64,000 nucleotides of DNA from Mobula hypostoma (Eukaryota), in the NCBI RefSeq assembly GCF_963921235.1, contig NC_086097.1, positions 214,832,001 through 214,896,000 of the forward strand, read 5' to 3'. The notes under the pieces were generated by a model that saw only the letters and a program-made list of their open reading frames with translations, was not told where the DNA came from and ran no database searches. Below are positions 26,293 through 38,669 of the stretch, in pieces; the stretch's first letter is position 1; every line of letters begins with the position of its first letter. The position numbers were made by a program, and so were the translations under genes.

Positions 26293-26905
26293 TAGCATTT
26301 AGTTCAAAAGGACTAGATTATAAAAGCCAGGATGCAATGTTGAGGCTTTATAAGCCACTGGTGAGGTCTCACTTGGAGTATTGTGTGCAGTTTTGGGCCC
26401 CTTATCTAAGAAAGGATGTGCTGATATTTCAGGGGGTTCAAAGGAGATTCAAGAAAATGACTCTGGGATTGAAAAGCTTATTATATGAGGAGTGTTTGAT
26501 GGCTCTGTGCCTGTACTCACTGGAATTCAGGAGAATGAGTGGGGATCTCATTGAAACTTATTGAATATTGAAAAACCTCGACAGAGTGGATGCGGAGAGA
26601 ATGTGTCTTATGGCGGGGAGCCTAGGACCAGAGGACACAGCCTCTGAACAGAGATGAGGAGGAATTTCTTTAGCCAGAGAGTGCTGAATCTGTGGAATTC
26701 ATTGCCACAGGCAGAAGTGGAGACCAAGTCATTTGGTATATTTAAGTTAGAGGTTGATAGATTCTTGATTAATCAGGGCATGAAGGTTACAAGGAGAAGC
26801 CTGGAGATTGGGGCTATGAGGGAAATGGAGCAGCCATGATAAAATGGCAGATCAGGTGATGGGCCAAATGGCCTAATTCTGCTCCTATATCTTACTGTTT
26901 TATAT
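26293..26905 (+). mobile_element. CR1 3' fragment
   Basis: LVRSHLEYCVQFWAPYLRKD and RNFFSQRVLNLWNSLP. Confidence 0.9.
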
Positions 26906-27544
26906 TACTCAGTATTATGCATGAATTGTGTCTGCAGTTAAAGCTTATGAAATGTTAACGGAATGACAGGCTATTAGAGAGTGTTGGCTTCTGACTATAG
27001 TGTCACCCTGATCTCATGGGTTGTTCAAAGTCTATTCACTTGCAAATACAATTAAGATTGAACATCTCGTAGCTAAATTACATATAAATGAGGCACTTGT
27101 TATAAAATTCATAGATAAAAATCACAATGTTGGAAATAGTCATCCATGCAGAAGCAAGTAATATGCTGTCTGATTGATGTATTTTCTACTTGCTGCTAAA
27201 AATACAGCAATTGTTACTTCTAACAGTGCACTTTGATGCAGCTGTGCCATCCGGTGGCTCAGCACAACATTTCACAGTGGATCTGACACCAGTTTAGCAA
27301 CATCTCAGCCTCAGTGCCTGCAATCGTTCATCTATTGCCTTGTGATATAATAATGACCCACATCATCAGCAGTAATGCCATCAATTTTGTGTAGAACTGT
27401 GGGAACTGTGTAGAAGTTGGTATTCCAGTGGAATCCCGCAGCAGAGCACAATTCCACAGATTTCTCAGAGGAAACCTAAGGAATGCCAGGTGGTTCTCTG
27501 TTTAGGCAGGGTGTGGATACTTAGGAAATTCCAGATGCTCAGAC

Positions 27545-30085
27545 GTGGTGCAAGTTAAACAAGCCCATCCATTGGAATTGGACAGAACATCTGTAAGAGT
27601 GAAGGTTAAGAATAAAGTAATTTACAATTTAGGTAAGTGTATTAAACAGGAAATTAGAAATGTGTGCAATAAAGGAACAGCAGTTATAATGGGTGACTTC
27701 AATCTACATGTAGACTGGGTGAACCAAATTGGTAAAGGTGCTGAGGAAGAGGATTTCTTGGAATGTATGCGGGATGGTTTTTTGAACCAACATGTCGAGG
27801 AACCGACTAGAGAGCAGGCTATTCTGGACTGGGTTTTGAGCAATGAGGAAGGGTTAATTAGCGATCTTGTCGTGAGAGGCCCCTTGGGTAAGAGTGACCA
27901 TAATATGGTGGAATTCTTCATTAACATGGAGAGTGACGTAGTTAATTCAGAAACAAAGGTTCTGAACTTAAAGAGGGGTAACTTTGAAGGTATGAGACAT
28001 GAATTAGCTAAGATAGACTGGCAAATGACACTTCAAGGATTGACGGTGGATATGCAATGGCAGGCATTTAAAGGTTGCATGGATGAACTACAACAATTGT
28101 TCATCCCAGTTTGGCAAAAGAATAAATCAAGGAAGGTAGTGCACCCGTGGCTGACAAGAGAAATTAGGGATAGTATCAATTCCAAAGAAGTAGCATACAA
28201 ATTAGCCAGAGAAAGTGGCTCACCTGAGGACTGGGAGAAATTCAGAGTTCAGCAGAGGAGGACAAAGGGCTTAATTAGGAAGGGGAAAAAAGATTATGAG
28301 AGAAAACTGGCAGAGAACATAAAAACGGACTGTAAAAGCTTTTATAGATATGTAAAAAGGAAAAGACTGATAAAGACAAATGTAGGTCCCCTGCAAACAG
28401 AAACAGGTGAATTGATTATGGGGAGCAAGGACATGGCAGACCAATTGAATAATTACTTTGGTTCTGTCTTCACTAAGGAGGACATAAATAATCTTCCAGA
28501 AATAGTAAGGGACAGAGGGTCCAGTGAGATGGAGGAACTGAGCGAAATACATGTTAGTAGGGAAGTGGTGTTAGGTAAATTGAAGGGATTGAAGGCAGAT
28601 AAATCCCCAGGGCCAGATGGTCTGCATCCCAGAGTGCTTAAGGAAGTGGCCCAAGAAATAGTGGATGCATTAGTGATAATTTTTCAAAACTCGTTAGACT
28701 CTGGACTAGTTCCTGAGGATTGGAGGGTGGCTAATGTAACCCCACTTTTTAAAAAAGGAGGGAGAGAGAAACCGGGGAATTATAGGCCGGTTAGCCTAAC
28801 GTCGGTGGTGGGGAAACTGCTGGAGTCAGTTATCAAGGATGTGATAACAGCACATTTGGAAAGCGGTGAAATGATCGGACAAAGTCAGCATGGATTTGTG
28901 AAAGGAAAATCATGTCTGACGAATCTCATAGAATTTTTTGAGGATGTAACTAGTAGAGTGGATAGGGGAGAACCAGTGGATGTGGTATATTTGGATTTTC
29001 AAAAGGCTTTTGACAAGGTCCCACATAGGAGATTAGTGTGCAAACTTAAAGCACACGGTATTGGGGGTAAGGTATTGGTGTGGGTGGAGAATTGGTTAGC
29101 AGACAGGAAGCAAAGAGTGGGAATAAACGGGACCTTTTCAGAATGGCAGGCGGTGACTAGTGGGGTACCGCAAGGCTCAGTGCTGGGACCCCAGTTGTTT
29201 ACAATATATATTAATGACTTGGATGAGGGAATTAAATGCAGCATCTCCAAGTTTGCGGATGACACGAAGCTGGGTGGCAGTGTTAGCAGTGAGGAGGATG
29301 CTAAGAGGATGCAGGGTGACTTGGATAGGTTGGGTGAGTGGGCAAACTCATGGCAGATGCAATTTAATGTGGATAAATGTGAAGTTATCCACTTTGGTGG
29401 CAAAAATAGGAAAACAGATTATTATCTGAATGGTGGCCGATTAGGAAAAGGGGAGGTGCAACGAGACCTGGGTGTCATTATACACCAGTCATTGAAAGTG
29501 GGCATGCAGGTACAGCAGGCGGTGAAAAAGGCGAACGGTATGCTGGCATTTATAGCGAGAGGATTCGAGTACAGGAGCAGGGAGGTACTACTGCAGTTGT
29601 ACAAGGCCTTGGTGAGACCACACCTGGAGTATTGTGTGCAGTTTTGGTCCCCTAATCTGAGGAAAGACATCTTTGCCATAGAGGGAGTACAAAGAAGGTT
29701 CACCAGATTGATTCCTGGGATGGCAGGTCTTTCATATGAAGAAAGACTGGATGAACTGGGCTTGTACTCGTTGGAATTTAGAAGATTGAGGGGGGATCTG
29801 ATTGAAACGTATAAGATCCTAAAGGGATTGGACAGGCTAGATGCGGGAAGATTGTTCCCGATGTTGGGGAGGTCTAGAACGAGGGGTCACAGTTTGAGGA
29901 TAGAGGGGAAGCCTTTTAGGACCGAGGTTAGGAAAAACTTCTTCACACAGAGAGTGGTGAATCTGTGGAATTCTCTGCCACAGCAAACTGTTGAGGCCAG
30001 TTCATTAGCTATGTTTAAAAGGAAGTTAGATATGGCCCTTGTGGCTACAGGGGTCAGGGGGTATGGAGGGAAGGCTGGGTTCTGA
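27545..30085 (+). CDS. CR1 ORF2 (partial APE endonuclease and intact reverse transcriptase)
   Basis: GDFN and SDH endonuclease motifs; KSPGPDG, NYRPVSL, DFQKAFD, GVPQGSVLGP and FADD RT motifs. The first ~28 codons are probably flank read-through. Confidence 0.9.
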   Translation: MVQVKQAHPLELDRTSVRVKVKNKVIYNLGKCIKQEIRNVCNKGTAVIMGDFNLHVDWVNQIGKGAEEEDFLECMRDGFLNQHVEEPTREQAILDWVLSNEEGLISDLVVRGPLGKSDHNMVEFFINMESDVVNSETKVLNLKRGNFEGMRHELAKIDWQMTLQGLTVDMQWQAFKGCMDELQQLFIPVWQKNKSRKVVHPWLTREIRDSINSKEVAYKLARESGSPEDWEKFRVQQRRTKGLIRKGKKDYERKLAENIKTDCKSFYRYVKRKRLIKTNVGPLQTETGELIMGSKDMADQLNNYFGSVFTKEDINNLPEIVRDRGSSEMEELSEIHVSREVVLGKLKGLKADKSPGPDGLHPRVLKEVAQEIVDALVIIFQNSLDSGLVPEDWRVANVTPLFKKGGREKPGNYRPVSLTSVVGKLLESVIKDVITAHLESGEMIGQSQHGFVKGKSCLTNLIEFFEDVTSRVDRGEPVDVVYLDFQKAFDKVPHRRLVCKLKAHGIGGKVLVWVENWLADRKQRVGINGTFSEWQAVTSGVPQGSVLGPQLFTIYINDLDEGIKCSISKFADDTKLGGSVSSEEDAKRMQGDLDRLGEWANSWQMQFNVDKCEVIHFGGKNRKTDYYLNGGRLGKGEVQRDLGVIIHQSLKVGMQVQQAVKKANGMLAFIARGFEYRSREVLLQLYKALVRPHLEYCVQFWSPNLRKDIFAIEGVQRRFTRLIPGMAGLSYEERLDELGLYSLEFRRLRGDLIETYKILKGLDRLDAGRLFPMLGRSRTRGHSLRIEGKPFRTEVRKNFFTQRVVNLWNSLPQQTVEASSLAMFKRKLDMALVATGVRGYGGKAGF

Positions 30086-30185
30086 GTTGGATGATCAGCC
30101 ATGATCATAATAAATGGCGGTGCAGGCTCGAAGGGCCGAATGGCCTACTCCTGCACCTATTTTCTATGTTTCTATGTTTCTATGT
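27630..30185 (+). mobile_element. Young 5'-truncated CR1 LINE
   Basis: Uninterrupted ORF2 from mid-endonuclease to the stop codon; 3' UTR and (TTTCTATG)3 tail. Confidence 0.97.
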
Positions 30186-30209
30186 TTTTTCTCTGTCTGA
30201 TACTCTGTG

Positions 30210-31325
30210 TTTTAGAATCACAGAGTCATTCTGCATGGAAATGGGCCATTCAGCCCATCTGGGCCAGGCCAATCCACATTTCCATCTAAGCTAGTTCCAT
30301 TTGCCTGTATTTGGCTCATATCTCTCTAAACATCTCCTGTTTGTGTAACTATCCTAAGTACCTTTTAAATGTATCTGCTCCAACTATTCCCTCCAGCAGC
30401 TTATTCCATATGGCTGAAAGGGTTCTTATGAAATATTTTCACTCTCACTTTGAACCCATATCCTCTGGTTCTTTATTTCCCAACTCTGTGGGAAAAAGAC
30501 TGTGCATATACCCTGTCTATGCCCCTCATGATTTTATACAGCTTTGTAAGATCACCTGTCATTCTCCTAAGTGCCAATGAAAAAGTTCCAGTCTGCTCAA
30601 CCTCTCCCTATAGCTCACTTACTGTTGTGCCTGTAACATTCGTGTGAATCTCCTCTCGACTGTATCGACCTTGATGACATCTTTCCAACAGCAGGGTGAC
30701 CAAAGCCAAGCATGGTATTCCAAATGTAGACTCACCAACATCTTCTACAGCTGCAATGTAACATCCCAACTTCTATACCCATTGCCCAGACGAATGAAAG
30801 CCAATGTGCAAAGAGCATTCTTCACTATCCAATCTACAGTACCTGTGATGCCATTTTCAAGGAACCATGTACATGTACTTCTAAATCCCTCTGTTCTACA
30901 ACACTCCTCAGGACTCTATTGTTCACTGGAAAAAAAATCCTACCTTGATTTGACTTCCCAAAAGGCAGTAGCTCACAGTGGTCCTATTTAAACTGGATTT
31001 GCCATTCCTTGGCCCACTTATTTAGTTGATCAAGATCCCTTTTACATCCTGATAACCATCTTCACTGTCAACAACAACATTTATTTTAGTGTTATCTGAA
31101 AAACTTACTAACCATGCCTTGTGCGTTCTCATCCAAATCATTAATGTAGGTAGCATCTAGTTCTACAGAACACCATGAGTCACGGGCCTCCAGTCCAAAG
31201 AACAACTTTTCACCATCACACTCTGTATCCTATTATTAAACCAATTGTGTATCTAGATCCCCGTAGATCCCGTGTGGTCTAACTTTCCATAGCAGCCTAC
31301 TATGCCGATCCTTATCAAAGGCCTT
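30210..31325 (-). mobile_element. Decayed CR1 3' region
   Basis: Reverse-strand CR1 tail (tagaatcacagagtca) and RT remnants. Confidence 0.7.
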
Positions 31326-31336
31326 AATGAGGTGGC

Positions 31337-31514
31337 TGTAGGAGTGTCGACAAAAATCAACACGAGTTTAATTACTTCCAATGTACACTTTATTCCATCA
31401 GCAAACAAATGGTGATGTTGTGTGTATATATAACAGAAACAAACCCACCCCCAAAGTAATAACATATAACATACAACATACATACATGGCGAATGGCGAA
31501 TTTAACTCTTAACA
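31337..31514 (-). mobile_element. Probable short solo LTR (178 bp)
   Basis: TG...CA ends with imperfect inverted termini (tgtaggagt / actcttaaca). The minus strand has a TATA-like ttatatata followed by aataaa. No matching TSD. Confidence 0.4.
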
Positions 31515-31987
31515 GTCTGGGTAAATTCTGCCTAATGAAATGAAGGAGTCCCTACATGGTACACCATATCTACCATCTTGCCCTCATTGACCTTCAGTGA
31601 ACCAGGCAGGATAAAGCCCATTAGTTTCTGAAGCAACTCTCAGCTCACAATTTGAGACCTATTTCAGTTTTAGGCACTGGAAATTGCCTGGTGTTTGTGT
31701 GATTTGTATATTCCTTACTATTTTTCAGCTCATTGCCTCATGTGGGTTTCTACTGTATTAAAGAATTCTTAATGACAAATAACATTTTGTAGTCATTAGT
31801 AAATCGCATTTCTGAACGTGATGAAAGAATGGTTGCTGATTAAGTAGGAAAAGGTGGTTTGAGTCCATGACATTTCCCTGAAAGCTCTTGTTGCGCTGTG
31901 CTGAGATGAATATCCTCCAAGAAATGCAAATATCTTTGTTTGTGCATCACTTGAATCAGTAGACACATCTCCATTGGTATTTTTTTT

Positions 31988-34720
31988 CAGCTGCAGAAGA
32001 CTGCTCTCCTGCTTTAAAACATCCACCATTGTCCCTGTACCAAAAAGACCAAGGTAACATGTCTGAACAACTGGTGTCCTGTTGCACTCACCTCAATAAT
32101 AAGTCAAGGACTACATCTGCAGCATGCTACTACCCACACTGGCCCACCTACAATTCACCTACCAATACAACCGATCGACGGATGACGCAATAGCCACTGC
32201 TCTATACACCGTCCTTACACATCTGGAGAAGAAAGATACTTATGTGAGATGCTGTTCTTGGACTGCAGTTCAGCATTCAACAACATAGTTCCATCCAGGC
32301 TCGACAAGAAGCTCAGAGACCTCGGCCTTGACCCTGCCATGTGCAGCTGAATCCTGGACTTCCTGTCAGATAGCCGGCAGGTGGTAAAGTTGATGGAGAA
32401 GATCCTGAGAGGCAGGATTTATGAATATTTGGAGAGATATAATATGATTAGGAATAGTCAGCATAGCTTTGTCAAAGGCAGGACATGCCTTACGAGCCTG
32501 ATTAAATTATCTGAGGATGTGACTAAACACATTGACGAAGGAAGAGCAGTAGATGCAGTGTATATGGATTTCAGCAAGGCATTTAATAAGGTACCCCATG
32601 CAAGGCTTATTGAGAAAGTAAGGAGGCATGGGATCCAAGGGGACATTGCTTTGTGGATCCAGAACTGTCTTGCCCACAGAAGGCAAAGAGTGGTTGTAGA
32701 CGGGGCATATTCTGCATGGAGGTCAGTGACCAGTGGTGTGCCTCAGGGATCTGTTCTGGGACCCCTTCTCTTTGTGATTTTTATAAATGACCTGGATGAG
32801 GAAGTGGAGGGATGGGTTTGTAAATTTGCTGATGACACAAAAGTTGGAGGTGTTGTGGATAGTGTGGAGGGCTGTCAGAGGTTACAGCAAGACATTGATA
32901 AGATGCAAAACTGGGCTGAGAAATGGCAGGTGGAGTTTAACCCAGATAAGTGTGAGGTGGTTCATTTTGGTAGGTCAAATACGATGGCAGAGTATAGCAT
33001 TAATGGTAAGACTCTTGGCAGTGTGGAGGATCAGAGGGATCTTGGGGTCTGAGTCCATAGGACACTCAAAGCTGCTGTGCAGGTTGACTTTGTGGTTAAG
33101 AAGGCATATGGTGCATTGGCCTTCATCAATCGTGGGATTGAGTTTAGGAGCCAAGAGGTAATGTTGAAGTTATATAGGACCCTGGTCAGACCCCACTTGG
33201 AGTACTGTACTCAATTCTGGTCACCTCACCACAGGAAGGACGTGGAAACCATGAAAGTGTGTAGAGGAGATTTACAAGAATGTTGCCCGGATTGGGGAGC
33301 ATGCCTTATGAGAACAGGTTGAGTGAACTTGGCCTTTTCTCTTTGGAGCGACAGAGAATGAGAGGTGACCTGATAGAGTTGTACAAGATATTGAGAGGCA
33401 TTTGTCATGTGGATAGTCAGAGGCTTTTTCCCAGGGTTGAAATGGCTAGCATGAGAGGGCAAGGTTTTAAGGTGCTTGGAAATAGGTACAGAGGAGATGT
33501 CATGGGTAAGTTTTTTACGCAGAGAGTAGTGAGTGTGTGGAATGGGCTGCTGGTGGCAGTGGTGGAGGCGGAAACGATAGGGTCTTTTAAGAGGCTCCTG
33601 GATAGGTATATGGAGCTTAAAAAAATAGAGGGCTATGGGTAAGGTGGCTCTGAAGTAAGGACATGTTCGGCACAGTTTTGTGAGCTGAAGGACTTGTATT
33701 GTGCTGTAGGTTTTCTATGTTTTTCTATATTTCTGTGTTTCTAAGAGTGGGCTCCCTCACCTCTGCCTTCTGATCCTCAGCACAGGTGCCCCTCAGGACT
33801 ATGTCCTAAGCCCCCTTCTTTACTCTGTATACTCATGATGGTGTCACCACCCACAGCTCCAATCTGCTAATTAAACTTGCAGATAATACTACATTGATTG
33901 ATCTAATTTCAAATAATTGTGAGGCAACCTACAGAGAAGTCATCACTCTGACACAGTGGTGTCAAGAAACCAACCTCTCCCTCAATTTCCCAAAAACAAA
34001 GGATCTGGTTGTGGACTATAGGAGGAATAGAGATAGGCTAGCCCCTGTTGACATCAATGGATCTGACGTTGAGAGCGTGAACAGCTTTAAGTTCCTCAGC
34101 ATAAACATCACCAAGGATCTCAAAATGGTCTGTACATACCAGCTGTGTGGTGAAAAAAGCACAACAATGCCTCTTTCACCTCAGACAGTTGAAGAAGTTT
34201 GGTATGGGTCCCCATATCCTCAGGACTTTCTACAGGGGTACAACTGAGAGCATTCTGACTAGCTGCATCATTGCCTGGTATGGGAACTGTACTTCTCTCA
34301 ATTGCAGGACTCTGCAGATAGTGGTGCAGACAGCCAGCACATCTGTAGATGTGAACTTCCCACTATTTAGGAAATTTACAGAGACAAGTGTGTAAAAAGG
34401 GCCTAAAGGATCATTAAGGGACCTAAGTCACCCCAGCCACAAACTATTCCAGCTGCTTCCATCTGGGAAATGGTACCGTAGCGTAAGAGCCAAGACCAAC
34501 AGGCTCCGGGACAGCTCCTTCCACCAGGCCATCCGACTGTTTAATTCATGCTGATACAATTGTATTTCTATGTTATGTTGCCTTTCCTGTTGTACATACT
34601 ATTTCTTACAAATTACTATAAATTGCACACTGCAGATTCAGACGGAGATGTAATGGAAAGATTTTTACTCCTCATGTATGTGGAGGATGTATGTAATAAA
34701 GTTAATTCAATTCAATTCAA
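31988..34720 (+). mobile_element. Rex/Babar 3' half split by a CR1 insertion
   Basis: The RT sequence breaks at ...cggcaggtggtaa (~32388) and resumes at gagtgggctccctc (~33745). Tail aataaagttaattcaattcaattcaa. Confidence 0.85.
32381..33744 (+). mobile_element. 5'-truncated CR1 nested in Rex
   Basis: ORF 32381-33052 with GVPQGSVLGP and KFADDTK; degenerate ttctatg tail. Confidence 0.92.
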
Positions 34721-36053
34721 AATCATCCTTGACATCTGGAGTTCAGGTTTTTGTCCTTATTTTGCCTAAGTTACTGATGAAGACTGGTCTAGGCAAAGGC
34801 CAGACTGAGCAATTGTGAGCATGTTATTGATGGGACAATGCTGCTTACTAGCACTGTTTGGGTATTGTTAGTCATTCTGCAAACCTTTGAGAGGAGATTG
34901 ATTGAACATTCTTTGCTTTGGATTTGTCATACTTTTCGGGATGTGTGATACTTGGACAATTTACCTCATTGCCGGTTAGATGCCAGTCTATAACTGTACT
35001 GCAACTGCTAGCTATAGTATCACCTGGTTCTAGAGCACAAGGCTCCAGCATTCCAGGTGGCGTGTTGTCTACTTGTACTAGTTTTAGCCAAGTTCAGCAA
35101 CTTTTGATGCCATATAAAATACAAACAGAAAATGCTGGAAACGCTCAGGAAACATATGGAGAGATAAGATCAGTTAGCATCTACAAAGGATGACCCTTTG
35201 CCTGAATTCATTCAGTTATTGATACAACTTAGAATGACCACTGTGGGGACTTCAGGCAGAAGCCAAATTGGATCTTGCTTAAGATAATTATAAGTGCTTG
35301 ACTCAGCCATAATTGAGGATGAGGTTGTATTAGAAGCTGAGTCTTGCTTAATTGTTCATTATCATTCAAGGCTTGATATGATCTGAATGGTGATTAATAT
35401 TGTTTGGCTTTATTCCATGCGTCCTTTGTTTCTACCAAACCTGCTGTCTAGTGTTGCTGCCTTACCATATTGTGATATCAGTGGATCCCACCTCTACCAG
35501 ATCTAAAGGATTTTCTTTGTCACTCATAAACTCTCTTTCCCTTTTTTCTACCTGTGATGTCTAGTCCTCAGTCCTTCCAACATAGCCAGTCTGTTGGGAT
35601 GCTGTTTAAGAGGGCAATTAGGAGCCAACTACTGTGGTAGAGGTGAAAGGGTATCACTTTCCACCCTCAAGGAGCAACAGAGAATTAAAAGGTTATTTAA
35701 TGACAAACCAGCTTCATTGGCACCATTATCCGGGCCAACTTTTCATTGTTATTTAATATTTGTTTACTACCTAATGAACTGCCATAGGGGTTGTATAATC
35801 ACAGTCTCCATGTCATTATTTCAAGTCTTTATATTGTAACCCCAGTAATTTAACCACTAAAACACCATCCTCTGCAGAAGCAATACATGCCTTAGCAGTC
35901 AAATGGCAAAATCACTTATTTAGAACCATAGAACCATAGAAACTACAGCACAGACATTACAGCATCTGCTTTAGGCACAATTGCACCAAAAAAATACTTG
36001 AAATTAAATTAGTTAGGCAAGGCTTCCAAGTTTCCTCTAAGATTAAGATGAAT

Positions 36054-36340
36054 AATTACTATTATTATTATTAGGCATCTGTTACTTTCGCGAGATCACG
36101 GATTTGCGCCTTGGAAGATTTCCAAGGCGCAGGCCTGGGCAAAAGTCTCTCCTCTCCACGCCACCGATGTTGTCCAAGGGAAGGGCACTAGGGCCGATAC
36201 AGCTTGGCACCAGTGTCGTCGCAGAGCAATGTGTGGTTAAGTGCCTTGCTCAAGGACACAACATGCTGCCTCAGCTCAGGCTCGAACTAGCGACCTTCAG
36301 AACACTAGACTGACGCCTTAACCACCTGGCCATGTGCCCA
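36054..36340 (-). mobile_element. tRNA-derived SINE with CORE-like domain, 3' hairpin and (TAA)n tail
   Basis: Minus strand: A box TGGCCAGGTGG (36322-36332), B box GTTCGAGCC (36279-36287), gtgtccttgagcaaggcacttaacc, a 12-bp hairpin and a taataataat tail. Confidence 0.85.
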
Positions 36341-36392
36341 CACCAATTGCTGTTACAAAGTTTCCATAAATCAGTGCAGACTCTTTAACTAT

Positions 36393-37271
36393 TGTTACGT
36401 ACCCCGTAACTGGGTTGCCAAACCAGCAGAAATGGATCACTCAGTTGGAGTCTGGATTACTAGAACTAAGAAAGTTTTATTAAAGAAACAAGCAACACAG
36501 TAATCGAAAGGATAATAAATGCAACAGTTCAGCAATGATAAACATACATGTGCACAGAATTAAGATAACAGCATCAATCAAGCTCTATCGTTGTCTAGGG
36601 GTAAATGACCAATTTCAAAGTGACACAAAGTTCAGTCCAATTTAGTTCAGTTCGCAGTAATCGTTGCCATGGCAATGGACAATGTGGGGGGAAGGAGAGA
36701 GAGAACAAGAATGAATGATCATTCAAAACGGCTTCCACTCACAGACGTGCGATATTGCTCACAAGCAGCTTTCGGGCGAGTCCTTTGTGATGTCACCTGA
36801 GGTCACCGACTGTGACCCCTCCTCCAGATGCTGTCGATCCTCTGCAGTGAACCCGGCACCCAAGCAAGGGCGGACACACACCGGGTTCCCGCTGATCGTA
36901 CCTTTCCACCCTGTGCGTTTAAGGCTGATCCCCCGATCAGCCGTTCAAGAGCTTCCCACCGACTTGTGAGAGATGCACCGCTTCCAGGGTCTCGTTACCT
37001 CGGGTGTCGTGTGTGTCTTGCCTTAGCGAACCTGTCCCTTTTCATCCCCCTGCTGGGGTATCGCCTGTCCATCACTTCAAACAGTTCAGGGTTCAAAGGG
37101 GAAGCCGCTCTTGACAGCTCTCTCTCCCGTCCCTTCATTACACATCTCCAGATGCTGCTTCGTTGTTCCTTATCTCTCTTTCCCCTGAGGACAGGTGGCA
37201 GACCAACTGCTGATGCCACTGATGCTAGCCCAGGCCAGCAAACATCTTAATTTATGTGTATTCTCGTCACA
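36393..37271 (-). mobile_element. Solo LTR (879 bp), Gypsy-like
   Basis: TGTTACG...CGTCACA termini; 4-bp TSD CTAT at 36389-36392 and 37272-37275; minus-strand AATAAA near 36476-36481. Confidence 0.85.
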
Positions 37272-38669
37272 CTATTCTTATTAAGAGTTTAACTGCACGA
37301 ACTTAATATAGTGAAAATAAGGCATTTTAGTTAGGGTGCTCAATCCTCCACCACATCTAATTTAAAATCACTGAAGATACCTTCTGAAAGAAAATATACC
37401 TTAATAACCATATGCTAATTAGTATTTTAAAAAATGACGCCTATAACCTCAGTTCATGTAAGAAAAGTTTATAAGGTTTCTTGCACCATAGAAAATGAGC
37501 AGAATTTGAAGATTCCCAAGACCTCACTGCTGAATCTAGTCAGGTTACCTGTGATAAACCTCTTGGATGGGGGTTCGGTTTAGATTTTGAATACTTGCTC
37601 TTGTATGTAGTTCTGTAGCACTGGTTTGTGTGATTCTGGCCCAGATTTCAAGAATAGCAACAAAAGCTCCACATAGTAACATACGAGTTGAGAGATTAAT
37701 TCCCATTCTGAAATTTTAATTCAAATCTCAAACTCAGGAACAATTCACAGTAAGGGATAGAATCTTTTTAGCTAATATCAAGAAGGCAAAGTGTTCAAAC
37801 GCGAGGGAATTACTTTAGCAGAACTTACTAATTAGCAGAACATTAGCCCGCTCTAATCAACATGCCTTTGAAATTACCTACAGCCAAAGAATTACTGAAG
37901 CATAGGCACTATCCTTTCATGAGTAAAAATGAGAAATCTGTATGGGTAAAATTTCATCTCCATCTGCTGAAACATTTGACCTCTCAGGAACATTTTTCCA
38001 TCCAGCAGCACTTTCCTCAGTAGCCATGATTAGCATTTTATTGTAGATATAGAGAATTGGCAGAGAATTGAACTATTACAGCCAAATCCAGTCTCCTTCC
38101 TGACCTGATATTAATATGTGTGCATGTTCAAGCAAAGGGTTATTGGATTATGATCAGGGATTTGCATCCAATATTCCTTTTCTTATCCAGCTTTTTAAAG
38201 TGAGATTTAAAGATGTGCAATGGAAGTTCAAATCCCATCAGACCACATTCAGCTAAGGAACTCCAACTCAGTTAATTAAATAAAGTGGAATAACAAGACA
38301 GCACCTTAAAGGGTAATTGTTTATTAACTGAACATAGTAAAAATATCTCTGCTTCAATGTCCTTTTAGGGAAGGAAATCTGCCTTCGTTGTCCTATTTGA
38401 TTATAATGTACCTCCAACCCCATTGCATTGTGTTTGATTCTAAACTGCCCCTTAAAATTGGTTCAATTCAAGGGATATTATTTAGTTCAAGGAAAAATTA
38501 TGGATGGACTTGGACCAGAATCAGATTTATTATTACTGACATAGAGTATGATAGGCTTTCTTTTGGATTGGGACAACAGAGCGGCGTGGGAGCTGAATTC
38601 TGAAGGAAGGCAGTTTTTTTAAAAACTTCTTCGAGTGCAAGAAGGACGAGATTGCACAGGCGCGTGACG

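Noticed and set aside
27545..27629. N-terminal extension of the 846-aa ORF
   Set aside because: It starts at GTG in flanking DNA with no endonuclease motifs; chance read-through into a truncated CR1, not a domesticated gene.
28999..29703. Recurrent antisense ORFs (MPPKWITSH..., MNLLCTPSM...), also at 39149-39853 and 60767-61471
   Set aside because: Shadows of near-identical CR1 ORF2 copies; their recurrence reflects copy identity, not selection.
36715..37250. ORFs of 74-140 aa inside the solo LTR
   Set aside because: GC-rich LTR sequence with no recognisable domain.
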